From assembly GCA_021790255.1 (NCBI GenBank), contig JAJYIE010000001.1, positions 4,165 through 68,164 on the forward strand: 64,000 nucleotides of DNA, written 5' to 3'. The position numbers and the translations under genes are program-made. The notes beneath the pieces are model-generated. The model saw only the letters and a program-made list of their open reading frames with translations. It ran no database searches and was not told the DNA's origin. The DNA comes from a bacterium (GTDB lineage Bacteria; Patescibacteriota; Microgenomatia; Daviesbacterales; UBA10151). Numbering within the stretch: position 1 is the stretch's first letter; every line of letters starts with the position of its first letter. Below are positions 1 through 8,317 of this stretch, one piece after another.

Positions 1-662
1 GTTTGTACAATTTCTTTATGGACCTCCTGTGGAGTTTTAACCTGGTCTTTTTTTAAACAATTAATCATTACCCAGTTCAAATCCTGCCTGGCCATATCCA
101 GATAAACATCAGCCGCTTCCTGTTGGTATTTAATATTATTTTCATGGATATCAGCACCTTTCTCTTTTAAATATTCCCTTTTTTCTTTTTTAGCTACCAG
201 CTTTATGCTTTGCTTCGGAGGCATAAACAAAAAAATAACCAGCTCTTCCCTGGGAATGCCGTTAATGTTATATTCCAAATCGTCCAGCCAGTCAATAAAA
301 TTCTGGCGCATCTCTTTGGGCAGCTTGGCGGACATATAAGCCTTATTGGAAGGAACGTAACGGTCAGCAATAACTAAATTACCCTCATGCAACCACTGCT
401 GGATTTGCGGTTTTGCCAAAAACCTGTCCCCGGCATAAGCCAGTGAAACAAGATAAGTTCCCACATCCGCTCCCAAATCCCCAAAATCGCCGTTTAAGTA
501 TTTACCGACCAGCTTACCGTAAGGATTTCCGCTGTAACGGGGAAATCCAATCACCTGATGCGGGAAGTCCATCATTTGAAGTTTGCGGCGCAGCATTTTT
601 GCCTGGGTCGCTTTACCGGACCCGTCAGTTCCTTCAATAACAACAAAATGCCCTTTTTTCAT
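1..662 (-). CDS. tmk: Thymidylate kinase, partial (C-terminus lies beyond the window start).
   Basis: Manual reverse-complement translation from the ATG at 662..660 gives MKKGHFVVIEGTDGSGKATQAKMLRRKLQ..., with the classic Tmk P-loop/LID signature. The reading frame stays open to position 1. This gene is absent from the ORF track because it has no in-window stop. Its ATG overlaps the dut stop as ATGA. Confidence 0.85.
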   Translation of the reverse strand, partial: MKKGHFVVIEGTDGSGKATQAKMLRRKLQMMDFPHQVIGFPRYSGNPYGKLVGKYLNGDFGDLGADVGTYLVSLAYAGDRFLAKPQIQQWLHEGNLVIADRYVPSNKAYMSAKLPKEMRQNFIDWLDDLEYNINGIPREELVIFLFMPPKQSIKLVAKKEKREYLKEKGADIHENNIKYQQEAADVYLDMARQDLNWVMINCLKKDQVKTPQEVHKEIVQ

Positions 663-1093
663 TTATGTCCGGTGGTTCCGAATCCTCCCCGGCTGGGTTT
701 TCGCATATTTTCCACTTCTTCCCACTCCGCAATTTCTACCGGTACAAAAATCCCCTGGGCAATCCTCTCTCCCCGCTCAACTACCACCTCTTGGGCTGTA
801 AAGTTATACACTGCTACTTGATATTCATCCTCCGGTCCGCAGAAATCCTGATCGCCAATACCTATTCCATGCGGCGGCAGTAATCCTTTTCTAAAAGGTG
901 TCGAGCCTCTTGATCCTACCACGAACATATACCCCGGCGGTGTTTCAATAATTACATTAGCAGGAATTTTAGCCAAGCTCCTCGGTGCCACTTTTGTTGT
1001 TATCCTGGCGTACAAATCACAGCCTACTGCGCCGGCAGTTTTATATTCCGGCAGGGGCAGGGTTTTGTCCAGTCGATAAATTTTGATCTTCAT
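659..1093 (-). CDS. dut: dUTP diphosphatase (dUTPase).
   Basis: 144 aa. The dUTPase motifs are present: AGAVGCDL, SRGSTPFRKG, ERIAQGIFVPVE and a C-terminal RGGFGTTG. Confidence 0.9.
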   Translation of the reverse strand: MKIKIYRLDKTLPLPEYKTAGAVGCDLYARITTKVAPRSLAKIPANVIIETPPGYMFVVGSRGSTPFRKGLLPPHGIGIGDQDFCGPEDEYQVAVYNFTAQEVVVERGERIAQGIFVPVEIAEWEEVENMRKPSRGGFGTTGHK

Positions 1094-1671
1094 TGAACTT
1101 TTAACTTTTTGAGCAGCTCATCCAGTTTCTTCTCAAACTCTTCCAAAGTACCATTGTTTTCAATCTTAAAATCAGCCATTTCAATCGTAGCGGGGATATT
1201 CCTTCCGTCACCATACTGTTCCCTACCCATCATCTCCTTAAACTCTTTCCAAATTACAGGGTCTTTTCTGCCGGTAGTCTTTGCCCTCTCAACCATTCTG
1301 GCAAACCTTATTTTTTCATCAGTGTCAATGAAAATAAGCCGGAAGTTAGGAATGTGTTTCCGGAAAAACTCTACTTCTTCCGTTCCTCTCAAAGAACCAA
1401 CCGTGGCTTTTCCCGGATGCTTATCCAATACATTCTGCCAGGTCCTTTCAGCTAAAACCATGGGGCCGAATTTTTCCCTCATCTCTCCCGCCACTTTCTG
1501 CAGGCTATCCCTGGTTATCTCTTTACCTTGACGTACTATCTCCTCCCTAATCCGATCTGATAAGGAAGAGCTGTAAAAACCATGTTTCTCCTGCAGATAG
1601 GCCAAAGCCGTGTCCTTGCCGGCGCAAAGCTGGCTTACAAACCCCAAAATAATTTTGGGTTGATCAGCCAT
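1090..1671 (-). CDS. Deoxynucleoside-monophosphate kinase, phage T4 gp1-like.
   Basis: 193 aa. The atypical P-loop FVSQLCAGKDT matches T4 gp1 SGVKRSGKDT as far as I remember it. The C-terminal ENNGTLEEFEKKLDELL resembles the gp1 C-terminus TNDGSLEELFSKIKN. Its start overlaps the dCMP deaminase stop (ATGGCTGA). Confidence 0.65.
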   Translation of the reverse strand: MADQPKIILGFVSQLCAGKDTALAYLQEKHGFYSSSLSDRIREEIVRQGKEITRDSLQKVAGEMREKFGPMVLAERTWQNVLDKHPGKATVGSLRGTEEVEFFRKHIPNFRLIFIDTDEKIRFARMVERAKTTGRKDPVIWKEFKEMMGREQYGDGRNIPATIEMADFKIENNGTLEEFEKKLDELLKKLKVQ

Positions 1672-2182
1672 TTTTCTCCTCCAGTTGAACTAGCTCAACT
1701 TTGGCTTTTTTTAACAATCTATGTGTTTCTGGATTTGGCCTATAATCATAGCGGTATACCATCCGGACCACCCCGGCGTTAATTAAAACCTTAGCGCAGT
1801 TATAACAAGGCAGATTATTGACATAAACCGTGGTATCTTTGGTGGAAGTCCCGTTAAAAGCTGCCTGGACAACCGCATTAATTTCAGCATGAACCGTCCG
1901 GACACAATGACCATCTTCCATTAAACATCCTGCTTCAAAGCAATCGGGCGTTCCTTTGGGTGAGCCGCAATAGCCGGTAGAGATGATTTTTCGATCACGT
2001 ACTAAAACCGCCCCCACTTTAAGTCTCTGGCAGGTGGCACGGGTAGACACCAGATCCGACAGTTGTAAAAAGTATTCATCCCACGACGGCCGGATATTTT
2101 GGCGCGGGATGACGCAGTGGACGCTGCAATATCTGCCGTCATGGCAATTAGGACATACGGTGGTAAGTTGAGCCTTGACCAT
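1664..2182 (-). CDS. comEB: dCMP deaminase (ComEB/Dcd-like cytidine/deoxycytidylate deaminase fold) with an N-terminal Cys/His-rich extension.
   Basis: HAEINA zinc-binding motif plus PCYNCAKVL. A SWDEYFL start motif appears at residue ~33. This is preceded by a 32-aa extension, CPNCHDGRYCSVHC. Confidence 0.85.
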   Translation of the reverse strand: MVKAQLTTVCPNCHDGRYCSVHCVIPRQNIRPSWDEYFLQLSDLVSTRATCQRLKVGAVLVRDRKIISTGYCGSPKGTPDCFEAGCLMEDGHCVRTVHAEINAVVQAAFNGTSTKDTTVYVNNLPCYNCAKVLINAGVVRMVYRYDYRPNPETHRLLKKAKVELVQLEEKNG

Positions 2183-2233
2183 AATTATTGATCTAATTTA
2201 GCATTAACCAGAAATATTTCAATAGATAAACTT

Positions 2234-3853
2234 TTACTTTTTAGTGACTCTACTTGCCGCCTTTACAAACCCCATGAAAAGCGGATGGGGCTGAAGCGGC
2301 CGGGATTTTAACTCGGGATGAAACTGCGTGCCGATGAAAAACGGGTGGTCTTTTAACTCAATCATCTCCACCAGTTTTTTATCCGGGCTGGTTCCGGCAA
2401 CCAGAAAGCCTTTTTTCGCAAAGTTTTTCAGGTAGCGGTTGTTAAATTCATAGCGGTGGCGGTGGCGCTCAGAAGTGTGTGGCCGGTTGTACAATTTTCT
2501 GGCCAGCGTCCCGGCTTTAATTAAACAATCCCACGCCCCAAGCCGCATTGTCCCACCGTAATCTTTTTTTAAAAGTTTTTTCTCCTGATCCGGCATAATA
2601 TGGATTACCGGGAATTTGGTTTTCGGATCCACCTCCGTTGTATGAGCTCCGCTTAAACCCAAGACACTTCGGGCAAACTCCACAGTAGCCAGTTGCATGC
2701 CGTAGCAAAGACCCAGATAAGGGATTCTATTTTCCCGACAAAACTTAATGGCGGCAATTTTTCCTTCCACATCCCGCGACCCAAACCCACCGGGGACGAT
2801 AATGCCCTGATATTCTTTAAGTTCTTCGACATGCTGTCCGTCATTGTAGCGGCCGGAGTCAATCCAGTTTATTTCCGGTTTTAATCCTTGTGTAAAGGCA
2901 GCATGTTTTAGGGCTTCAATCACGGAAATGTAGGAATCAGATAATACTCCTGCTCCAGAAGAGAAATACTTACCGACAATACCGATTTTCACCCCTCTCT
3001 CAGCCATTTCTGCTTTTGCCACAAAATCCCGCCACTTTTTCAGGTCTTTTTGTTTGCGCTTCAGGTGAAGCTTCTCCAGAATACGGTCAGTTAAATGGGC
3101 GTCTTCAAAATTTAAGGGCACCTTATAAACATTGGTTACATCCGGTGCCGGGATAATATCCTCGGCTTCGATCCCGGTGTTAAAAGACAGCCTTTTTATG
3201 CGTGGCGCATCAATGGCCACCGTGGAACGGGCGAGAAGAATATCCGGCTGAATTCCCACTGAATTTAAATCCCGGACAGACATTTGGGCCGGCTTGCTTT
3301 TCATTTCCCCTAAAAACTGCGGCACCGGCAAGTAAGTAACATGGACATGAATTACGTCCTCGTGTTTTTTTAATTTCATCAGCCGGTTGGCTTCCAGGAA
3401 CAGCATATTTTGATACTCCCCGGCAGTCCCGCCGATTTCCACCAGCACGATATCTGCATTGCGGTCACGGCCGGCTGCCTGAATGCGGGAGATGATTTCC
3501 TGCGTTACATTGTGGATGTCCACATAATCGCCGTCATATTCTAAATTCCGCTCCTTTTGGATAACCGAGAGGTAGATACTGCCTTGAGTGGCAATATTTG
3601 TGGAGTTTAAACTTTCTGCTAAGAATCTTTCATAGTGGCCTAAATCCTGGTCAGTTTCCCGGCCGTCATCCAAAACAAAGGTTTCCCCGTGCGCCAGCGG
3701 GTTCATCGTTCCAGCATCCACATTTAAATAAGGATCCATTTTAAGCGGAGCAACTTTAAAGCCGGCAGCTTTAAGAAGCAGGGCAATTGAAGCGGTGGCG
3801 ATACCCTTGCCAATCCCAGATATTACTCCACCGGAAACAAAAATGTACTTCAT
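2234..3853 (-). CDS. pyrG: CTP synthase.
   Basis: 539 aa. N-terminus MKYIFVSGGVISGIGKGIATASIALLLK, a glutamine amidotransferase C-domain and GYCGVCP-type motifs. Confidence 0.95.
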   Translation of the reverse strand: MKYIFVSGGVISGIGKGIATASIALLLKAAGFKVAPLKMDPYLNVDAGTMNPLAHGETFVLDDGRETDQDLGHYERFLAESLNSTNIATQGSIYLSVIQKERNLEYDGDYVDIHNVTQEIISRIQAAGRDRNADIVLVEIGGTAGEYQNMLFLEANRLMKLKKHEDVIHVHVTYLPVPQFLGEMKSKPAQMSVRDLNSVGIQPDILLARSTVAIDAPRIKRLSFNTGIEAEDIIPAPDVTNVYKVPLNFEDAHLTDRILEKLHLKRKQKDLKKWRDFVAKAEMAERGVKIGIVGKYFSSGAGVLSDSYISVIEALKHAAFTQGLKPEINWIDSGRYNDGQHVEELKEYQGIIVPGGFGSRDVEGKIAAIKFCRENRIPYLGLCYGMQLATVEFARSVLGLSGAHTTEVDPKTKFPVIHIMPDQEKKLLKKDYGGTMRLGAWDCLIKAGTLARKLYNRPHTSERHRHRYEFNNRYLKNFAKKGFLVAGTSPDKKLVEMIELKDHPFFIGTQFHPELKSRPLQPHPLFMGFVKAASRVTKK

Positions 3854-3986
3854 ATTTTCCTCTAAGGGGAAACCAACTTCGCACCGGACTCATATAACTG
3901 GGCAGTGGTAAGTCAAAATAGTCCGAAGATTTAAGGCCCTTACTATAGTTACAAATTTTGCCGGAAATTGTCAATGGTTTACTGGG

Positions 3987-4511
3987 CTATTTCACTTGCA
4001 GTTTGGGGTCAGCAGAAATTATAGAATCCCCTCCGGAAACTGAAGCTGTAAAAAAATAAACCGGAGCGCCACTTAATCCTCCAATCATTCCCCCGTTATC
4101 CTCAGCGACCCATTGCCCTATGGCTACTCCACCTTTAAAAACCGCCGGGTCTGGATTGATCTTAACTGCTCTGGTCCCGAAAATCCCCTGATCCTGCTGA
4201 ACATTAAACACCACTGTTTCACCGTCACAATCCCCGGCTCCTTTTACCTGCAGTGTCGCTGGCTCCCCCAGACCGATTGAATCGGTACCTCCCGGCACTA
4301 CCCAGCTTGCCCCGGTTAACTCACAGGCAGTAAATGAAACTGCCTGCGGACGCGGTGCAAAAACCTTCTCGCTGCTGGCAGAAGAGTTCAGGGTTTGTCT
4401 TTGCCCAAGTAGAGCAGTCGTAGCAAAAATTGACAACAAAACAACTCCCGTCAAAAGATAGATCAAAAGATTGCTGCCGGTTTTAAACTTTCGCTTTTTT
4501 TTAGACATCAC
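3987..4511 (-). CDS. Hypothetical membrane-anchored / secreted protein.
   Basis: 174 aa. Lys-rich N-terminus followed by one hydrophobic helix (LLIYLLTGVVLLSIFATTALL). No recognisable domain. Confidence 0.5.
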   Translation of the reverse strand: MMSKKKRKFKTGSNLLIYLLTGVVLLSIFATTALLGQRQTLNSSASSEKVFAPRPQAVSFTACELTGASWVVPGGTDSIGLGEPATLQVKGAGDCDGETVVFNVQQDQGIFGTRAVKINPDPAVFKGGVAIGQWVAEDNGGMIGGLSGAPVYFFTASVSGGDSIISADPKLQVK

Positions 4512-4585
4512 TAACTTTTCCCCTGTATTTAGTGGAGCATAAAAAGCAGTTCTTTGTCAATCTGAGAGAGTAGACAATATGTAGT

Positions 4586-6649
4586 TCATCTTTTATCACT
4601 ATTTACTGTCGTCTGTTCACTGTTCACTTTCTTGGGCTTCGTCCAGGACGCATACTTGCACTTGGGCCAATTTTTGCAGCCATAAAAGGGCCGGCCTTTT
4701 TTAGTCCGCCGCACGACAATTTCTCCGCCGCAATCAGGACAGCGCGCATTAACTTTTTCTTCAATGCTTTCCGTATATTTGCACTCCGGAAAACCGGTAC
4801 AAGCCAAAAACTTGCCGAATTTACCATATTTTACCTGCAAATTTTTGCCGCATTTGGGGCAAACTTTATCCGTTACCTCGCTTGCTATCTGCATCTTCTC
4901 CGCGTTTTCTGAAACCTCATTCAGCTTTTTCTCAAAAGGAGTGTAAAATTCCTCGATTGTCGGCTGCCACCTTCTTTCCCCGCGGGCAATCTCATCCAGC
5001 TCATCCTCCATCCGGGCCGTAAAATCATAATCAACAATATCCGGGAAATACTGAAGTAGAAAATCGGTAACTGCTATCCCCAAAGGGGTGGGGATAAACT
5101 TCTTTTCCATTTTTTCCACATAATAACGATCCTGGATTGTGGAAATGATCGGGGCGTATGTAGAGGGCCGCCCAATTCCCAGCTCTTCTAATTTTTTGAT
5201 CAGCGAAGCTTCGTTGTAGCGCGGAGGTGGCTCAGTAAAATGCTGAACCGGCATAAGCTGCAATAAACTCAGCCTATCGTCAGTATTAAGCACCGGCAAA
5301 TGCTGTCCTTTTTCATCTTTCTCTTCTTCATCAGCCCCTTTACCATAAGCTTTCAGCCAACCATCAAACTTAATTACGCTTCCGCTAGCACGAAGTAAAA
5401 ACTTACTTCCATTATTTTCCGCCTTTACATCAACTGTGGTTTGGTTCAAAACCGCCTCGCTCATCTGGCAGGCCAATGCCCGTTTCCAGATTAGTTCATA
5501 TAAACGCACATGGTCACGGGTCATCCCATCCATCATCTTCAACTGCTCACTCCCAAGACGAATATCAGTCGGCCTAACCGCCTCATGCGCCTCCTGAGCC
5601 ACCTTGGACTTGGTTTTATAAAAACGGGGGCTACCTGGCAGATAAGCCTTGCCCACCTGCTGCTCAATATAATTCCTGATTGCCCCAACTGCCTGAGTTG
5701 ATAAATTAACTGAATCCGTCCTCATATAAGTAATCAATCCCCGCTCATATAAAGTCTGGGCCACCATCATTGTTTTTTTGGCTGAAAAACCCAGGCGGGA
5801 AGAAGCAGTCTGCTGTATGGTTGAGGTGGTAAATGGCGGAGCAGGATATTTGCGGACTTCTCTAGTGTTTACCGATGACACCTTGTAAGTAGCAGCCTGC
5901 AGCTGCTTTGTGATCTCACCCGCCACCTCACCATTTGGGATTTCTACTTTTTTGCCGTCTTGTTCAATTAAAGTGGCAACGAAATTAGCATTTTTTCTCT
6001 CTGCCGCTTCCAGGTTCGCCTCAACACTCCAAAACTCGATAGGATTGAATGCCTGAACTTCCCGCTCCCGCTCAACAATTAACCGCAGTGCTACTGACTG
6101 CACCCGCCCGGCTGAGAGTCCCGATTTTACTTTTTTCCAAAGAAGAGGGGAAAGTTTATAACCTACAACCCGGTCGAGTACCCGCCGGCCCTGCTGGGCA
6201 TCAACCAACTGGAGATCAATGTCACGGGGGTGCTCAAAAGCCTCCTTAATTGCCCCCTCGGTAATTTCATGAAACTCCACCCGACGAATTGTGGGCAACT
6301 GGCTCTTAGCGCGCGGCTCGCGGGTCTTTTTCTTATCAGCCCCCAACCCCCCACCCGCTACTAGCTCCTGCAAATGCCAGGCAATCGCTTCCCCTTCCCG
6401 GTCAGGATCTGTGGCAAGCCATAAATTTTTGGCGGATGCGGCCGCTTTTTTTAACTCATTAACTTTTTTTAACTTATCCCGCGGGATAATATAGCGGGGA
6501 GTAAAGTGGTGCTCAATATCCACACCCAGCTCTGATTTGGGCAGATCGCGGATATGTCCCATTGAGGCCTCAACCTGATATTTGCCTCCCAAAAATTTTC
6601 CCAGTGTCCGGGCTTTGGTCGGTGATTCAACAATAACAAGATTTTGCAT
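4586..6649 (-). CDS. topA: DNA topoisomerase I.
   Basis: 687 aa. TOPRIM N-terminus MQNLVIVESPTKARTLGKFLG, active-site region ITYMRTDS, and C-terminal CxxC zinc ribbons (CPKCG...CPDCGG). Confidence 0.95.
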   Translation of the reverse strand: MQNLVIVESPTKARTLGKFLGGKYQVEASMGHIRDLPKSELGVDIEHHFTPRYIIPRDKLKKVNELKKAAASAKNLWLATDPDREGEAIAWHLQELVAGGGLGADKKKTREPRAKSQLPTIRRVEFHEITEGAIKEAFEHPRDIDLQLVDAQQGRRVLDRVVGYKLSPLLWKKVKSGLSAGRVQSVALRLIVEREREVQAFNPIEFWSVEANLEAAERKNANFVATLIEQDGKKVEIPNGEVAGEITKQLQAATYKVSSVNTREVRKYPAPPFTTSTIQQTASSRLGFSAKKTMMVAQTLYERGLITYMRTDSVNLSTQAVGAIRNYIEQQVGKAYLPGSPRFYKTKSKVAQEAHEAVRPTDIRLGSEQLKMMDGMTRDHVRLYELIWKRALACQMSEAVLNQTTVDVKAENNGSKFLLRASGSVIKFDGWLKAYGKGADEEEKDEKGQHLPVLNTDDRLSLLQLMPVQHFTEPPPRYNEASLIKKLEELGIGRPSTYAPIISTIQDRYYVEKMEKKFIPTPLGIAVTDFLLQYFPDIVDYDFTARMEDELDEIARGERRWQPTIEEFYTPFEKKLNEVSENAEKMQIASEVTDKVCPKCGKNLQVKYGKFGKFLACTGFPECKYTESIEEKVNARCPDCGGEIVVRRTKKGRPFYGCKNWPKCKYASWTKPKKVNSEQTTVNSDKR

Positions 6650-6754
6650 ATTCCTTTAAAAGTATGTGTAGTTTACCAGTATTGTCAAGACCTCCGCTGC
6701 AAACTTATGTAGGCTTGACAAAGCACAGCTTGTTAACATAAAGTAGCAGAAGGC

Positions 6755-7471
6755 ATGGGAATCGAGGCCCAAAACCCCTCCGCTGCTGGTCAACATCTTT
6801 CTTCCGTCCCAGAAGAGACTTTTGCTTTTCCTCCCGATTTAGACCCTTCGCTGTACGTTGTTGAGAGTCTGCCGGCAAATCCGACAGCTCCCGAGCCTGT
6901 TAACTTCTCAAGCTCGGAATTAAAGATTCTTTCAAAGCTTGAGTGGAACCTGGCGGATTTTATCTCATTGCCGCGCCAGGAAATTGCCACTCATGTTATG
7001 CCCGGAAGCCCACTACCCAAAACAGCCCGTCCCAAAAGAGTTGTCCGCATCTCGGCCATGGCCCTAGCACAAGAAGCAGCTGAAAGAACCCAAGCAAAAG
7101 CAAAAAGGGTTTGTCTTCTTGCTCCACCAGCTCCGGTTCTTCAACTTCCGCCACCTACACCACAAGATACTTATTATCCCGCTGATGAGAACCGGGCAAT
7201 TCCTGAAGAAGATCGTTTGTTTAATTTCTTGTCGCCTGAAAGTAAAACTTTTGACAGGTTAACCCGGATCATCCTGCAAGCCGATATCCTCAATATGCCC
7301 AGCCGGGAAACGTATCCGGCAGCAGTTTTTGTCTCCCGGCAAATGCCGCGCTATGAAGATGCAGCACTAAGCAAAGCATTGCGACTAGGTTACTGGAAAA
7401 ACTGGTTGGTTCTGGAAAATCTTTACCGCGGAAGTTCCCAAGGTATAAGCAACTACTTAATGTCTCTTTAA
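6755..7471 (+). CDS. Hypothetical Pro-rich protein.
   Basis: 238-aa ORF that fills the gap between the divergent topA and the next minus-strand gene. No domain recognised. Coding status uncertain. Confidence 0.35.
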   Translation: MGIEAQNPSAAGQHLSSVPEETFAFPPDLDPSLYVVESLPANPTAPEPVNFSSSELKILSKLEWNLADFISLPRQEIATHVMPGSPLPKTARPKRVVRISAMALAQEAAERTQAKAKRVCLLAPPAPVLQLPPPTPQDTYYPADENRAIPEEDRLFNFLSPESKTFDRLTRIILQADILNMPSRETYPAAVFVSRQMPRYEDAALSKALRLGYWKNWLVLENLYRGSSQGISNYLMSL

Positions 7472-7474
7472 TGA

Positions 7475-8290
7475 TTACTTTCCAGGGTTACCACATTCAC
7501 CTGGTTTGACTCCATCACTCTGCAAAGCGAAGTATTCACTGCCGTTGATTTTTAAATGTTCCGCAATAACTGTTTCATTGGTTTGATATCGATAACCATC
7601 GGGCGTTGGTCCCGTTGCCCCACACTGCGGGTACCTTTCATAGGTAGCATAAGTCGGACTAACATTAGCCACCTTGTAAAGAGTAGTAAAAGTTTTCGAT
7701 AATATCTTAGTCACCAAATCCGGCTCCCGAAACATGTCTTCGTTATACTTTCCTTCCCAAAGGGTCAACTGGTAAGTCGTACCTTCCTTCGGCACAAACA
7801 CCCGGTTAGCTCCGCGGATATTATTTATCGCTCCGTCAATCGTCGCGCCACTGTAGCGGTTAGTGTTGCTTTCAAAACTAAATAAATAGCGGTCGGCAGT
7901 GTTGTCATGGCCAACCTGATGAAACTCTGACCAAACGCCCGGATAGATTTTTCCATAGGTAGCAACGCCTCTAAAGGAAATTGCCAAATGCGGCATCAGG
8001 GTGTATCGGCCCATATACTCATGTGGGCCATGAATTCCGGAGAAAACCTCAACTTTGGTAGCAGGCTGCTCCGGACTATTCCCGGCTTCAACTTTATTGG
8101 CAATTGGCAAGGAAGCCGCCACCAGCGAGGCAGCAACAGCCGCGGCGCATGCTCCACAGGCCCACCTACCTCGGCCCTTTGCCCGGGGAACTCTCAAATT
8201 ATCCGTTTGATTCTTTTCCCCAGTGACAGTCAATTCAACTTTTCGATCCATGGCAGCGGCAACTATATCTAATTTGCCGTTAACTGTCAA
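7475..8290 (-). CDS. Hypothetical secreted protein.
   Basis: 271 aa. Signal-peptide-like stretch (WACGACAAAVAASLVAASLPIA). No recognisable domain. Confidence 0.5.
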   Translation of the reverse strand: MTVNGKLDIVAAAMDRKVELTVTGEKNQTDNLRVPRAKGRGRWACGACAAAVAASLVAASLPIANKVEAGNSPEQPATKVEVFSGIHGPHEYMGRYTLMPHLAISFRGVATYGKIYPGVWSEFHQVGHDNTADRYLFSFESNTNRYSGATIDGAINNIRGANRVFVPKEGTTYQLTLWEGKYNEDMFREPDLVTKILSKTFTTLYKVANVSPTYATYERYPQCGATGPTPDGYRYQTNETVIAEHLKINGSEYFALQSDGVKPGECGNPGK

Positions 8291-8317
8291 TATTCACAGG
8301 CCTTGGGTGCTGTTCCA

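Noticed and set aside
6790-6990. 66-aa minus-strand ORF antisense to the 6755..7471 hypothetical gene.
   Set aside because: Short, antisense, with no features. Listed only because the plus-strand gene itself is of uncertain coding status.
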